Source: Antedon mediterranea (Eukaryota > Animalia > Echinodermata). Taken from it: 64,000 nt of DNA. Shown in pieces: positions 22,587-37,877 of this stretch. The DNA lies in assembly GCF_964355755.1 (NCBI RefSeq), contig NC_092676.1, forward strand, positions 17,998,871-18,062,870. The letters run 5' to 3'. Position 1 is the first letter of the stretch. The number at the start of each line of letters is the position of its first letter. The translations under genes were made by a program, and so were the position numbers. Below the pieces are notes generated by a model. The model was not told the origin of the DNA. It was given only the letters and a program-made list of their open reading frames with translations, and searched no databases.

Positions 22587-24608
22587 CTAACAAAATAAAA
22601 CAAACTGTTAAAGTGAGAATTACACACACCATCTTTGATTATAATATTTCTATATACCACAGCCTATAGGCCTACTTTACTATGTACAGTATATTCTAGT
22701 CAACTTAATAGACTTTTTCTTTGAACTCCATCTAAAAGAGGCAATTTCATTTTAATACATAAAAAAAGAAAGTATGGTAATTGAGTCTAAATTGCAAGTA
22801 GGCCTACTTAAGTGATAACTTTGTCAAAGTGTAGATACTCAGAATGAATGAAAAATAAATTATGAAAAAACCCAAAAGAACTTTACATACTTTATTTAAA
22901 GGTAATCAATATTACAGTAAATTGTACAATTCATTTTCCAAATAACAAAATAAAATGCTATAAAATAATAAACATAATTGATTGAAGACTAAAGTTTTAA
23001 GGGGTTATTCACCAATTAGAAATCTTTTTACCACTTATTTACGGTAGTCCAGTAAAAATTGTGAATTTACTACATAACAAGTAACTACTACATAACAAGT
23101 AACGACTACATAATAGACATGCATGTTATTGCTTAAACATAGTTATGGGACTTACAGATAATATGGTCAAACAAAACCTGCTAACCACAAACTTTTATCT
23201 GTATAAATAACATCTTCCAATTTAAATTTCAAAGAAAACAATTTTGTTACAAAACTTTTGTAAAGAATATAAACAACACAAAAAAAAACATTTAAAAAAT
23301 TTGTTCTCAAACAGTCAATTAATCCTACTGCTGCTACACAATCAAAATAAATGAATCATACCATTTGTGGAACAACTACACAATTTGAATCCAACAAAAA
23401 TTATAATGCACTGCAAGGTAAACATTTTATCAAAATCCTTAAACTCGCAATAGAAATCCAGCACAAATCGTAATAGAAATCGTAACAGAAATCCTGCACA
23501 ACTCGTAATAAAAATTCTGTACAAATCCTGACAGAAATCCTGCACAAATCGTAATAGAAATCCCACACAAATCGTAATAGAACCTTTAACTCAATCATTT
23601 GGTTTAATGCGAGATTCATTATTGGAAAAGATACTTCATCAATTTTTAATAGTAAACTTCTTTTTAAAAATTTATATAAATCACTCCACCAGACCATTTG
23701 TTCTTAATAAACAGGATATGATGATCTTGGTGGATGTCAGAATATCTTCATCAATATGATATTTGTTTATTAATTCATTTTAACTTTTTCTCCATTTTAG
23801 TAACAAAACTATAGGTTTAAAAAAAAGATCTTTTATAGTAGAACAAAATAATAATTTATCTTTAAAATCAAATACTGTTAAATACTACAGTAGTTGTGTA
23901 TTTAGAAGTCCAGACGCATGCCTCGCAAAATCAAGAAGAAATTCACTACAAGTGACCAAAATTTTATTGCCCTCTCAATTTCTTGGATATGGCAGCCAAA
24001 ATGATCAAATATCTAGAGACTTTACTGTTTATTAAACAACTAATGCCAAACATTGTTAAAAAAGTGGTTTGGGATTTATTGAAATACTCTTGATGTTTTA
24101 AACAAATTTAAAAGGTGTTCATCTCTTCTGACTGCATATTTAAACCAAATAAGATACAGTAGTCTTGCTAATTCAGTAATATCACTGAAACTGTGACAAA
24201 AACGCAACAAACATCAATCATATTAATGAGGTGACCAAAACAAACCTTCCAACTCTGGATATCAAGAGGTTTTATGAAACTATACAGGGCGCTATAATAA
24301 TACATCAAGTCACGGAGATGACTCAAAATATCGGGAGACTATTGGGGAGTTGGGACGTCAAGAATTTTTCATTTTCTATGGATGGAAACTTTACAATTAG
24401 TATTCCTGAAATGGTGCTCTCCTTCCTGGCTATTACTGTAGTCCCCAGTAAAAGGAAATGTCACGACAAATATGGTCCTGGGCCAAAATCGGTTCGGACC
24501 GATTTTGGTGTGACAGGAATATAAACCCAAACCTTCACAAACAGTAACTGTTTATAGTCACGGTAAATCAAGGTAAATCTAGGAACAGAGCAACTCCACC
24601 CACAATAC

Positions 24609-26649
24609 AGAGTGTTGACAAAGTGCGAGGCAGCGAGGCATGCCAAATATTTGTGCGAGGCATCATTTTATCATTTCCAAAAGTGCGAGGCATGCGAGGC
24701 ATATAGTTTACAATTTCAAAAAGGTGCGAGGCATATCTTAACGTGCTATTATGCTATATTGTAGTCATAATAATCAATTATTTATATTTGTATAATAGGC
24801 CTAGCGTATCTAAATAGATTCGTGTATACACTCAACGTGTTTATTGTTATGTATCGATTGTTTTTTTTCATTCAAGTCATATCGTGTCAAATTTTACTTT
24901 TACAAAAGTGCCCGAACTGTTCAAAAGTTGTGCATCCGTAATTCGGTATGCGCCATATTTAAAAAATCTGAACGACGGTCTTCAACTTTCAATAAACAAT
25001 TGTTATAGCGACACTTATCATCAAATGACTGCCATGTTTGTTGGCATTTGGAGCGTGTTCACTTTACAATTAATTTAACATGTCTCTCGAACATAGCAGA
25101 GTGAAAATAATATTTTGTCACACCCCCGCGCCTCGATCCAGTAGACCAAGTGAGAGATGGAAAATTCCTCTTTACTATTTAGTAAGTAGCGGCGGAGTGA
25201 TTCTGCCCCGAGAGGATTTGGCCTTGTGGCGATTCCCCTCCTATATAGCACGTGGTTTCAGCAGCAACGCACAGACTTCTCTCTAAGCGGCGTGCCAAAG
25301 ACATTTTTGACATTCCATTCTTTAGGAAGTCAACACGTGTACCTCTCTCGCAAATAGCGATGGCCAGGACAAGTTCAATAACTGGCGGTGAATAAAAGGT
25401 AACTGATATGCCAATCAAATAAAATAATGCCGCAAAGAAAACATTTGCGAGAGAATTCTGAAGCGCGTGTGAAAAAAACTTACGTCCGACAATCGTAATA
25501 CTAGGCTTAAAATTAAACTTTAGCTAATATGCTTAGCCCTAACCCAGAGGCCTATGCAGAAAATAATTTAATCAATATTTATATAATAATAATTGGTGTA
25601 ATATTTTAATAATGATACGCTATTCCTGTTTTAGTAGGCTAGGTATATTACGATTTTTATTTATTGTTGTCCATGTACGTACTAATAAACCTGGCGCTAT
25701 AGTTTCCTTTGCTTGTATTTTTACTCCAAATTTGATAACTAGCTTTATCGTGTGAATACCACACCTTAGAAGTATACCTCATGAGTACTGTACTGTACTT
25801 TAATGAAAGAATCACATAAAAAGTAACAAATAAATCCTTAAATTAATGATTTTACAGGCGTGTTCCTCCCACAATTTTTGCGAATTTCACGCATGTTCAA
25901 TATTTTTGTTTCTACAATAATAGAGGACTAAAACTCAGTGAAATCCGTCAATTTCTCATGCATTTATTGGTGAAAAACACGTTTTATTCCAATATATTTG
26001 TTAATATGTCAATAAAAATACTGTAATAATGTTACCACTGATACTGTTCTGTTTTCAAAGAATAATAATCGATCCTAAATCAACATCACTACCTAGCCTA
26101 GACCTAGGACATCCTACTAAGGATTATGATGAATTGTTTTATGTTATTCTTTAAAAGGTTAACGAAACCGTGCACAGCATCAACAGTAACATTTTTCCTT
26201 ACTGACCGACAAAATCTTCACCAAATAATGCGTTAAATATATAGATTACACAGAGTTTTTAGCCCTCTAATTATTTTTGCTCTTTTGGCGTTTCATAGAA
26301 ACCAAAATATTGAACATTGAGTGTGCGAACTTCGCGAACCGTATGCGAGAAAAACGTCTGTAAAATCACAAATTTAACGGATTTATTCTTCATTAAAGTA
26401 GGCCTACTAATTCTATGGTGTGGTATTCAGGATAAAGCATGGTTAACATATTTCGAGTTAAAATACAAGGAAGGTGCAAAAAGGGAACAAGCCTACTAGC
26501 GGGCCTAGGCTACTTTAATTTTGTTGATTTCCTGCCTCGCAATTTTGAGAAATGATAAAATGGTGCCTCGCATTTTTTGATGATGGTAAAACGATGCCTC
26601 GCATAAATTTGTGACTTGCCGCACTTGCCTCGCTCTTTGTTACTACCCC
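24609..26649. mobile_element. Non-autonomous TIR DNA transposon (hAT/P-like structure)
   Basis: Imperfect TIRs (...ACAAAGTGCGAGGCA / TGCCTCGCTCTTTGT...), multiple inverted subterminal GCGAGGCA motifs, flanking direct repeat (CCC)ACAATAC; exact ends ambiguous by a few bases. Confidence 0.6.
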
Positions 26650-26976
26650 ACAATACATTACCACTCACTGCAAGATTTGATACAGGAAACACAAGAAAAA
26701 TGATGAGATATTTTGACTATGTTGCAATCTTTGGCAGTGTCCACATCAGACTAATTCACAAGTTTACTTTTTATGTGATACTCCTACTTTAAAGTACTTA
26801 TGAGGCCTAATTCTAAGGTGTGGTATTCAGGATAAAGTCAAAATACTTACAAGGCAGGTGCGAAAGGGAACAAGACTATTGCAGGCCTAGTGCCCACATA
26901 AATAAATAGGCCTACACCAGAAATTTTTTTATTAAAATATATAAAACACAACCAATTTCAAACGTCTAATAAAGGC

Positions 26977-27200
26977 ATAGGCCCTCTACCTTTTGCCTAG
27001 GCCTGTGCTTAGGCTTATGCCTAGCTAGGCATAGTAGTAGAGGCCTAACCAGGTAGGTAGGGCCTAGGCTATGGGAATAATCCGGGCCTATAGGATAGGC
27101 CTATCCTACCTATATAGCTAGCCTTAGGCTTGGGCCTAGGCTAGCTAGGCATATTAATAAGCCAAAGCACAGGCCTAGGCAAAAAAGTGGAGGGCCTATA
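26977..27200. repeat. ~220-bp hairpin/MITE rich in GGCCTAG motifs
   Basis: TAGGCCCTCTACCTTTTGCCTAGGCCTGTGCTT ... AAGCACAGGCCTAGGCAAAAAAGTGGAGGGCCTA inverted arms. Confidence 0.5.
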
Positions 27201-29254
27201 TACATTTATACCAGAGTACCTGAACTTACAAGGAGATTTACTATACTTAAATAATTCTTAAAGGTTTTAAAGATACTGTATAAACTTTAAAGATATTTTC
27301 AAGATCTTCCACGTGTTATTCATGATCTTCAAAACATTAAAATATCGCCCTCAACTTTTAATGTGGAGTAAACTTTTAATGGTCTTTTACTGTTACATCA
27401 TCATCAGAACCCCCTCTCAGTTAAATAGATTTTAGAAAAAGACACATTTTAAATGATTAGTAGCCTCCCCCCCCTCCCAAAAAATACAAAAATGGCTGCA
27501 TGTTTATATTTTTACCAGGTTCTGGTTATTAATAAGAACGAGCCTATGTACTGTCTATAGTTAAATAGCAAATAATTAAACAGGCGTTACAACAGTAATT
27601 ATTAATTAGATTTAGATTGATATTATTTGTTATATGAAAACAAAATGTTCACTTTCTGGACTCCATCATGTTTTAATTTTACATGTTTTAAGTGCATCCA
27701 TGATAGTAAAATGACAAAAACAGAAAACGTAATGAAAGACTAGTCATAATTACATTACCATTTTAAATCTCAAGCACAATCAAGAATAACAAGAGTGGCT
27801 CAGATAAAAGTCTCCGTCTGGAATTGATGGTCTGGAAAAAGGCCGCAGTTTGTCGGTGATTTTGATGTTTCAATTGGCTTTAGAATAAGATTACACTTTT
27901 CATAAAGGGAATGATTGGTAGAAGTTACCATACCGCACATCATCGGATCATATGACCTTTACTCCATCACCCAGCTCAACCATTTGAAAAATGACATGCT
28001 TGTTAATCACCATAGCAGCAATCTCTTGGGACCAAAATGTTAAAATTGTCTCAACAGGCATGTTTTTTTAGATCAACCTCTTGATTTCTCATCACCTTAT
28101 TTCAGCTGGAATCCTCCTCCAAATGATTCCAACGTTTGGTAGTTATAAACAACTTTACAAACTGGAAATGATAAGAAGTTTGAAATCCAAAAGTTTTAAG
28201 TATGTATGTGTTTAAGATTCATACATTCCATCTTCTCATATCTGCTACGTTATTCCTGATATAATATGGAATGACTTTGTTTAGTTCTTAACAGTTCGTG
28301 TATTGTAGGGGGTGTCTAGAAAACTAAGATATCTTGGGTCTTACTTTTTCTTAGACAGTTCTTAGTTTTCTAGACACCCTATTTTAGGGGCCATCATGAG
28401 ACAAACTTTTGCTTCTAATGAGAAGGTACCAGTTATTATTATTCACTAAATAAATATGGAATAAATAATTAATCCACTTTTACTATTCAGATTATTGGCA
28501 TGAAAGAAACTGTAAATTAACCAAACGCTCTAAAACCTACCAACACTCAGTGTGTGTTTACCTGTATGTTTGCCTATACTTTCCTGAATAGTAACATTGT
28601 AGGTTTGATAATTTTCTAGTCAATTGATTATTGTGAAAATTAACCTGTTATATCATTCAAAGGTTGTAGATATAATTATATTGCTGAATTTAATATTATG
28701 TTTTTAATAATTGATACTGTAATGGGATACAAAAAACACCAATCATAATAAACATGCAGAAATTCTATGTTTAGTGAGTAGGTGGCAAGTAATATTAATA
28801 ATTGGTAGACGTGACGAAATAGAGAAATCTCCAAGAAATGTTAATTGTTTTGTAACTTGGCAATAGTGATGCAGTTTCCCTGAAATAATAAAACTATGAG
28901 TTGAATTGAATCTGTTAATAAATTATCTGTAGTAATTCATTGATAATAGTTTAAGATGATGGGCTGTTAAATTGCAAAATCGCAGAGTATGGACACCCAC
29001 CTCTTTTTCTACCTTTTGATTAAAAAAAACATTTTACAAAAACCCCGACATCATTGCCTACTCTCTGGCTCTCTGGCTCTCTGTCTGAGATAGAATGTCC
29101 ATCCGTCCGTCCCTTTCGTTAGCCTGTTAGTTGGCCACTGTGTATGCTTTCATTAATCATTTTGCTGTGATCGATTCGATGCATGTAATGTCCCAACTAA
29201 ATGTATTTTATTGGCAAAATCTTTAATTAAAACAATCATCTAAACCTCACTATC

Positions 29255-30498
29255 ATTTAAATCATCAGTGGAGGCTGTAAATTGCGGAGTGCCTCAAGGG
29301 TCGGTTTTAGGACCACTACTATTTTTAATTTATGTAAATGATCTTTCTAGATCAACTGACACTCTGAAAGTCATATTCTTTGCTGATGATACTACGATTT
29401 TGTTTTCTCATTCTGATATCAATGTCTTATATAACACCGTCAACACTGAACTAAATAAAATGACTGACTGGTTCATCTCAAATAAGCTTATTGTTAATGT
29501 ACAGAAAACTAATTACATTTTATTTCGTACTCAACAAAGACAAATTGATTTCTCTAATCTTAATATTTACATTAACAATAATATTATTGAACGTAAACCC
29601 GAAGTTCTATTCCTCGGAGTTTATCTACATGAATACTTGAGATGGACCAGTCATCAAGCGTATGTATCTAAAAAGATATCTAAAGTAATTGGCATCCTTT
29701 GTAAATTAAGACACTTTTTTCCACAACATATCTTACTCTTGTTATATAACACCCTTATACAACCTCATCTTCTTTATTGCAACATTATTTGGGCAGCCGA
29801 CTACCCATCAAATTTAGAAAAACTTAATAAACAAATTAAACGTGCTGCCCGTATTATTACTTTCTCTCACTATCTCGCTCCTTCCCAACCTTTACTTAAA
29901 AAACTCAATATTCTTAGTCTACATGATCTATTTACAACATAAATTGCTTCCTTTATTTTTCAATTCTTTAATACCAAACTCCCTGTTACAATGTCTAATC
30001 TATTAAGTCATCATACAAAATCACACAAGTACTATTTACGTATCGACAATAAATTTCAGCATCTTGATGTACCTCCTTTTAGACTGAAAATTTCCGAATA
30101 TTTTGTTTCTGTTTCAGGACCGCGAATCTGGAATGATCTTGATGATAAACTAAAGCATTTTAAATCTCTTTATACTTTTCGTAAAAATTTTAAAAAATAT
30201 CTTATTTCTTTATACTAATTTTAATATTATTATGATTGTAGTACACTGAAAGTATCTATTTTTATTTCATCGTTTTTTGTTTTTATTTATTATTTTATGT
30301 AGTAAATCGTATTAGTTTAAATGTATGTGTATTGTTTCTGGGGTCTTTCTCGAGACAAGAAACTTGTTTTCTTCTAGAGAAGACCCCAAATGATGGCTTA
30401 TTACTATGTTTTCATTTATGTACACACCTATAATTATATTATACTGTATAATGCCATTGTTGAATAAATAAATGTTTTTTGAACTTTGAACTTGAACT
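29255..30498 (+). mobile_element. 5'-truncated CR1/L2/Crack-type LINE (RT C-terminal half)
   Basis: GVPQGSVLGPLLFLIYVND, FADD, GPRIWNDL; internal stop at ~29940; AATAAA and (TTGAAC)n tail. Confidence 0.85.
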
Positions 30499-30540
30499 AT
30501 TAACATGGTATGAATCGGTACATATATTGCACTTCCTATC

Positions 30541-30693
30541 TTAAGCTCTGTCTACACTATCAAACTTTATGTGAAAAAAATGTGATGTGCCCAAATATGG
30601 TAGTGATATGCCCAAATATGGTAGTGATATGACACCATCCTGTCCATATATGGACAGTGGGCACATCACATTGTTTGTTGCATAAAGTTTGAT
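30541..30693. repeat. Short palindromic MITE-like repeat (one end truncated)
   Basis: ATCAAACTTTATG...AATGTGATGTGCCCA inverted with TGGGCACATCACATT...CATAAAGTTTGAT. Confidence 0.5.
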
Positions 30694-31139
30694 GAAATAA
30701 ATCAAAACTCCCCAGCGGCCACCATAGGAATTCCCAATCCTAAAGTTATTCCCAAGCTTCTTACACTTTGATGTTTATTTTTCTTTTAATGAAAATTGTT
30801 TTATATCTAATAATTACAAGAAACTTTATCAATCACAAATTGTTTTATTTCAAAGCCTGTGTTAACACACAATCAAATGTAATCTGAGTAAGGTAGGTTT
30901 ATAAGTACATTTAATGATCTAATAGGTACACCTGTCGATAGCGATTCATGCGGATCTCATCAATCATAAAACACGAATTTATTTGAATTTAAACATTATC
31001 AATTTACTCAATAATAAGTATAGACTGCATAAACACCATTGAAAAGTGCCACTGTCGGACATATTCCAAAACAGCAACATGTCATAGTAAATCAATAGTG
31101 TAGGCCTATATAAATCGCCCAACAATCAGTACAATACAG

Positions 31140-31197
31140 TATATATATAATATATATATATAATATATATATATATTATATATATATATATATATAA
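31140..31197. repeat. (TA)n microsatellite
   Basis: Imperfect TA run. Confidence 0.9.
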
Positions 31198-31816
31198 TTG
31201 GAATCTGCCGCAACACAGTATACATTGTGTTTATGAACACATTTTGTAATCTGAAATGGTAATTATAAAAACCATAGAGGTGAAATATATATATATTTTT
31301 ATTTAATTATTTTTTAACGAATCAAACAAATTGCTAAAATGACAATTCAAAATTGTCGTAGTCCACACCGATCGTACTTATTGGATCCTTACGCTAAGCA
31401 TAAATCAAGATATGTATAAATCATCAATAACCTGGAATCCGAGTATAGTAAGTAAACGATCAAAAAGCACCTTATAGTCGAGCTCGGCACCTACTCTAAT
31501 AACTCTACGTATTTTTTCGCTAATAGTCTATACGCATGCTATAGCAAGTTATACTCATTTTTAGTGCATGTTCAACTGAACACATGTTATAAATGTATTG
31601 CCTGGGAAATTAACATTAGAAATCAAATACATTTCAATTCGTTATACTTTGATCAAATATTCAAACTAGAATGTTAATTTGACTCGACGAAGACAAATCT
31701 TATTTAATCATTTACAGTAAGAATTAATAGAGATAGAAAATAGAATAAAAAAAAGTGTACACAACATCAAACAAGAGTCTGCATATAAAGTAAATGATCA
31801 AATGAGCATCTCGTTG

Positions 31817-33465
31817 AATAAGAGGTGAACCAATATATTTGGCTAACCGTGCTCAACTGATGTATGCACATAATAAGCGGTGCACCAATACATTTGGCTA
31901 ACTGTGCTCAACTGATGTATGTACATAATAAGCGGTGCACCAATACATTTGGCTAACCGTGCTCAACTGATGTATGTACATAATAAGCGATGCACCAATA
32001 CACTTGGCTAACCGTGCTCAACTGATGTATGTACATAATAAGTGGTGCACCAATACATTTGGCTAACTGTGCTCAACTGATGTATGTACATAATAAGCGG
32101 TGCACCAATACATTTGGCTAACTGTGCTCAACTGATGTATGTACATAATAAGCGGTGCACCAATACATTTGGCTAACCGTGCTCAACTGATGTATGTACA
32201 TAATAAGTGGTGCACCAATACATGTGGCTAACTGTGCTTAACTGATGTATGCACATAATAAGCGGTGAACTAATACATTTGGCTAACCGTGCTCAACTGA
32301 TGTATGCACATAATAAGCGGTGAACCAATACATTTGGCTAACCGTGCTCAACTGATGTATGCACATAATAAGCGGTGAACCAATACATTTGGCTAACCAT
32401 GCTCAACTGATGTATGCACATAACAAGCGGTGAACCAATACATTTGGCTAACTGTGCTCAACTGATGTATGCACATAATAAGCGGTGCACCAATACATTT
32501 GGCTAACTGTGCTCAACTGATGTATGCACATAATAAGCGGTGCACCAATACATTTGGCTAACTGTGCTCAACTGATGTATGTACATAATAAGCGGTGCAC
32601 CAATACATTTGGCTAACTGTGCTTAACTGATGTATGTACATAATAAGCGGTGCACCAATACATTTGGCTAACTGTGCTCAACTGATGTATGTACATAATA
32701 AGCGGTGCACCAATACACTTGGCTAACCGTGCTTAACCGATGTATGTACATAATAAGCGGTGCACCAATACATTTGGCTAACTGTGCTTAACTGATGTAT
32801 GTACATAATAAGCGGTGCACCAATACATTTGGCTAACTGTGCTCAACTGATGTATGTACATAATAAGCGGTGCACCAATACATGTGGCTAACCGTGCTCA
32901 ACTGATGTATGTACATAATAAGCGGTGAACCAATACATTTGGCTAACCGTGCTCAACTGATGTATGTACATAATAAGCGGTGAACCAATACATTTGGCTA
33001 ACCGTGCTCAACTGATGTATGCACATAATAAGCGGTGCACCAATACATTTGGCTAACTGTGCTTAACTGATGTATGCACATAATAAGCGGTGCACCAATA
33101 CATTTGGCTAACCGTGCTTAACCGCTGTATGTACATAATAAGCGGTGAACCAATACATGTGGCTAACTGTGCTTAACTGATGTATGTACATAATAAGCGG
33201 TGAACCAATACATTTGGCTAACTGTGCTTAACTGATGTATGTACATAATAAGCGGTGCACCAATACATGTGGCTAACTGTGCTTAACTGATGTATGTACA
33301 TAATAAGCGGTGAACCAATACACTTGGCTAACCATGCTTAACCGATGTATGTACATAATAAGCGGTGAACCAATACATTTGGCTAACTGTGCTTAACTGA
33401 TGTATGTACATAATAAGCGGTGCACCAATACATTTAGCTAACTGTGCTTAACTGATGTATGTACA
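31817..33465. repeat. 55-bp minisatellite (~30 copies)
   Basis: Unit ccaatacatttggctaaccgtgctcaactgatgtatgtacataataagcggtgca, head-to-tail. Confidence 0.95.
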
Positions 33466-35009
33466 TGTCGTCGTTCGGGTTCTATTCTACTTATGTCTTG
33501 TCAGGACGCACACACCAGAAGTAACGACGATACAATAAAAAGATTGGTTGCAATTTGGTATTCTTTATTTGTGAATATCCGTACTCAAGGTGAAGAACAC
33601 AACAGCAATGAAATGAAAATACAAAAAAACAAAACCCCTAAAAAACAATTAGAGAAATTCTTTAACAAAAAGTATAAAAGTTGACAATACATTATCTATC
33701 TCAACTATATAAATATCTCAAAACAAACAACAAGTTCTTAACATTTCTTTATATCGCATTAAGAATATTTCTGATAAAATCATTAACTAGGCCTCAATCA
33801 GTAGCATTGTACCCATAAAAATACATGATATCAACAATCTAGCACTTGGCCATTCCGACTTACCCAACTAGAGATAAACTATCTTAAATCCTCAACTCAA
33901 GAAAATGACGGTAATCCTCCAATTTTGTGGTCAAATCTCACTTGTGCAAAACACTAAAAACAATAATCAATATAAGCCACAATAGTATAAACTAACCAAC
34001 CTAATTATCTATTACTCTTCTATACTACTTATAACTAGCTCAAAACTCTAAAATATTCATTTAAAATCTGACGCTAGATCCACATGGGCGCAGCCATCTT
34101 GAATCTTTGTTTACAACTATAGCGCCACCAATCATAAAATAAATCTTAATCAACTACAGCATGACGCCCTCATCGGTCAAAAACTAGTTTACAAATCCAC
34201 CATTTTATCGATAAAACTCATGTTCCGTGAACATAATCCTCGCAACATAATAAATACTCATAATCCAATAATTAGACTCTTCCCTCAATAATATAATTAC
34301 TTATAGGTCAATCACTGACACACAACTAGTCTGAGAAACAATATCTCCAATGTAATTATTAACTCAATTTGTACCACTCTATGACTGATTTGACAGCGAG
34401 GTACACTAGCTGATTCTGTTGGCACAAAGCGAACATTTCCAACATAACTCGGTTGCGAATAACATTCATTCGAGCCTAGCCTAAAGTTACTTAATATATC
34501 GTGCAAACTACTTTTATCATCTACTGTAACCAACGTACCTTAGAACAAAATAATATCAATCTAAAATTTGAAATTTAACAGGTTTAATCAATCAGATGCA
34601 TAAAGATAAATAACGGATGTTATTAACCTCAATCTCAGTTATCGGCGCTCCAAAAACATCCCTCTCGCAGTCGCGGTAACAGCCTCATTACACCGAACCA
34701 TCATCAAAAATTATTACTCCTATAATCGTTTTCTTAATTCTCACTATTGCATTCAAAGTTTGTAATGTAAAGTATAACAAAATTGTATTAATGTATAAAT
34801 CGTAATTTAACAACCAAGCTCTAAAATTGAACATCGTCAAATAACACTTAATTTGATGAACTATATTATTACACTGTTCTAGTTAGTTTGAATGAATTCA
34901 GTCTACGACAAACCATCCTGACTCAGAACATTCGCCCCGAATGTGAATTTACAAAATAAAATAACATATAAAAAAAAATCTACAATATAATTAATACTAT
35001 AATCCACCA

Positions 35010-36353
35010 TTACTTCTCGAAAACAGATCTAGGCCACTGACCCGGATTACTGTGTGTCCCTTTATTTACACGTACTGAGCGCCTCACTGGATCAATCTCT
35101 TGTTCCACCACTCTATCCGGCATCTCTGGAATCTCAATTTGTAGAAGAAAATCTTCTTCCTCATCTGAAGAATCATTACAATCATTTTCTTCATCTACCT
35201 CTGGTCGCAATGGCATCTTATTCTCTTCATCTACCTCTGGTCGCAATGGCATTGGCCACTCTTCCAATATTTCATCACGAGGATCCTGTATAATCAATTT
35301 GCGGTTTACTGTCTTTACTTTACCACCTAATGCTGGTCGGATTTTGTACACGTCTTCCTCTCTATTTACATCCTCTATGATATATGGCTCCCTATGATAA
35401 CGGTCAACCAGCTTGTGTCTCCCAGTAAAAGCTGTTTGCTTCAGCAATACCTGTTCACCAACTTTAAACGGTTTCGACTTTACCACCCTGTCATCATGTA
35501 ACCGTTTATCACTCTCTCTCGTCATTTTGATTTTCCTCTCGGCAATCTCTGCCGCTTTCTGCAAGGCATCTGCCTGACGCTGCACATAATCATTCTCCCA
35601 ATCTTGATGTGTTTTGTGAATTAGTTGATCCAAAGGAATAGTAGGTTGTCGCCCATACATAAGCTTATATGGTGCTACATTGGTGGCTCGATGGGGTGTT
35701 GAAATATAGAATACCAATTGAATGCTTAAGAGAGCAAGCAAAACCGTCAACAACAACAATGTATCTCCCATTACTTTCCTCATCCAGATGAATGAATAAT
35801 CTCGATTCACAGCACTCAGCTCTTCTATAGGTTCAACATGCGATCCAACATCATACCCCTTCGTAGTTACTCCTTCTTCAACAGCAACTTCTCCTATCAT
35901 CACTCCCAAACAACCATTGATTTGTTCAACAACTATTTCGTCCGCAAGTTTGACATCCACAGCTGTTCCTAAAATGGTCCCAGCATCAACAACTACTTCT
36001 TGATCACTTTCGTTTGCTACTGCTAATTGACAAACAGATCTTTCCTGATGAGAAAAACCATCTAATACCCTTACTGGTCCTTTCATGCTCGACTCCACCA
36101 AGATGCTTCCAACTTCAGAGTGTTTCGATATCACACATTCCACTTGTCGCACTGTCAGAGGAGGGAAAACTTCTTGATTATTTGTCCTCACATTAGACTC
36201 CTTCTCTTCCGATTTTAAGACGTCACTTACCAGGTCCCAGGCTTCGTTCTTGTTTTTATTACCCTGACATAAGACAGCTCTTAATGCATTACAACCAAGA
36301 ATAATCGGGAAATCAACTCTGCGTTTACTCATAACATGGTCTTCCACAACCAA
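35010..36353 (-). pseudogene. Deleted pol: protease C-terminus joined to integrase C-terminus
   Basis: PIILGCNAL (PR end); STPHRATNVAPYKLMYGRQP and EPYII (IN C-terminal/GPY-F-like); no YxDD. Confidence 0.75.
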
Positions 36354-37682
36354 AAAACCCTACATCAGCAGTTGTGTCAAACAGTGAAATAGTCGTCTTC
36401 AAGTACCCAACAATCGGAATAGTCATCCCAGTTACTCCAACTACTTTCATAGCAACATCGCCTCCTAGGACTCCAAGGGTAGGCCGAAGTACTTCTTGGT
36501 AACAACTCAGAGGAATAAGACTGGTCTCAGCTCCAGTATCCAAGATACACCCTAATTCTCTCCCACCAATAATTAACTTTGCCGTCGGACTGTCTGCTAT
36601 CAGTAAGCTTCTTAAAACATCATTATCTGCCAACTGTGAAGAATGTGATACTATCCCAACACCAGGTGTCACTACCGTAGATGCCGTTGTTGCCGCTTCT
36701 GATGGTTGTGGTGCAGGAAGTTCTATACTGTCTACTTGGTTTCTCTGTGGGCAATCCTTCTGCATATGGCCAGGGTTCCCACATTTGTGACACTTCGTTG
36801 GACATCTACAATCTCTTTTCACATGCCCTTTCCTCCCACAGTTGTAACAAGTCTCTTCTCTCCTTTCACTTCTACCACCTTTTAAAGTCTTCACTACTCC
36901 CACCATATCTTGGACCATTTCCTTCAACTGATTGAGTTCCCCTTGTAACTTTAAAATGTGGTCTTCTCCTTGCACTCTAGCCACAGATACTGGTTGAACT
37001 TCCGAAACCTCTCTTACTCTTGCGTTTACAGACTGAACACTTTGGTCTTGGAATAGTTCCATCACTTCTTCTCTCATAACTAAAAACGATTTGTCTTTAC
37101 TCGCAATTATAATCCTCCTCAACTCCCTCTGAATACTCTTATCCCGAACTCCTGTCACCAATCTTTCTTTTAAAGTGCTATCTTTTAGCTTTGTCAGCGC
37201 CTCTTTCTCTTCTCCACTAGCAGCTGCTTCCATCCGATCATACAGTCTGATTAGGGTACCACTAAAATCTGCGAGTGTTTCTCCCTCCAATTGTTCTCTC
37301 TCATGCAGCTTTGTACTCAAAGACTGTACACGCTCACCTGGTCCAAACCTCAGTTTTAGAATCTTAATAATCTCGGCACTATCTTCTTTTACACCCGCCT
37401 CCCGACAAAGGATCTCTTCCTTAGCTGCTCCAGTCAGGTGTGTTAACAGAGCTTGGGCCTTATCACGTCCCGTTAATTTATAGAATGTTGAATACTCCTC
37501 AAATTCAATTATCCATTCATGCAAGGACAGGTCACCAGGATTCAATGGTTGCCCTTTGAACTTACTTAATTTTATTGCTGGCATCGTTCTAGCGGAAGAA
37601 AGGTTCTGGAACGCACCAGTCAAGGCAGCCACCATTTCTGCAATACCAGCAGGAGCTGCATCACCACCTTCAGCATTTGCCA
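36325..37682 (-). CDS. gag: Gag (two CCHC zinc knuckles) + aspartic protease N-part
   Basis: CYNCGRKGHVKRDC, CHKCGNPGHMQKDC, ILDTGAE; probable start MANAEGG. Confidence 0.85.
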
Positions 37683-37859
37683 TCTCAATATAATTTGGGT
37701 TACAGAAATATATAAATAATAAATGCAATACAAATCTCAATAAATCCTGATTAGTACATCAATTTATGCATTTCACAAAACTATCTAAAATAATACCGTT
37801 AACTCATTAATCACTAAGTTGAGGGTTTTCCACTTGATCTTCAATCTTGAGTTGCAATC

Positions 37860-37877
37860 ATCCCACTTCTGACACCA
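37860..37877 (-). promoter_or_regulatory. Primer binding site (tRNA-Leu type)
   Basis: TGGTGTCAGAAGTGGGAT, 2 nt downstream of the 5' LTR. Confidence 0.8.

Noticed and set aside
23156-23198. Candidate upstream exon of gene A
   Set aside because: Good splice-like ends, but stops in all three frames and no signal peptide.
31817-33465. Regular 55-bp repeat as a CRISPR array
   Set aside because: No unique spacers, no cas genes, eukaryotic context; it is a plain minisatellite (the same applies to 19785-21443).
36345-36362. Programmed ribosomal frameshift at GGGTTTTTT between the gag-PR and pol ORFs
   Set aside because: The break falls inside the protease and is fixed by removing one T from the homopolymer; more likely a mutation or sequencing indel.
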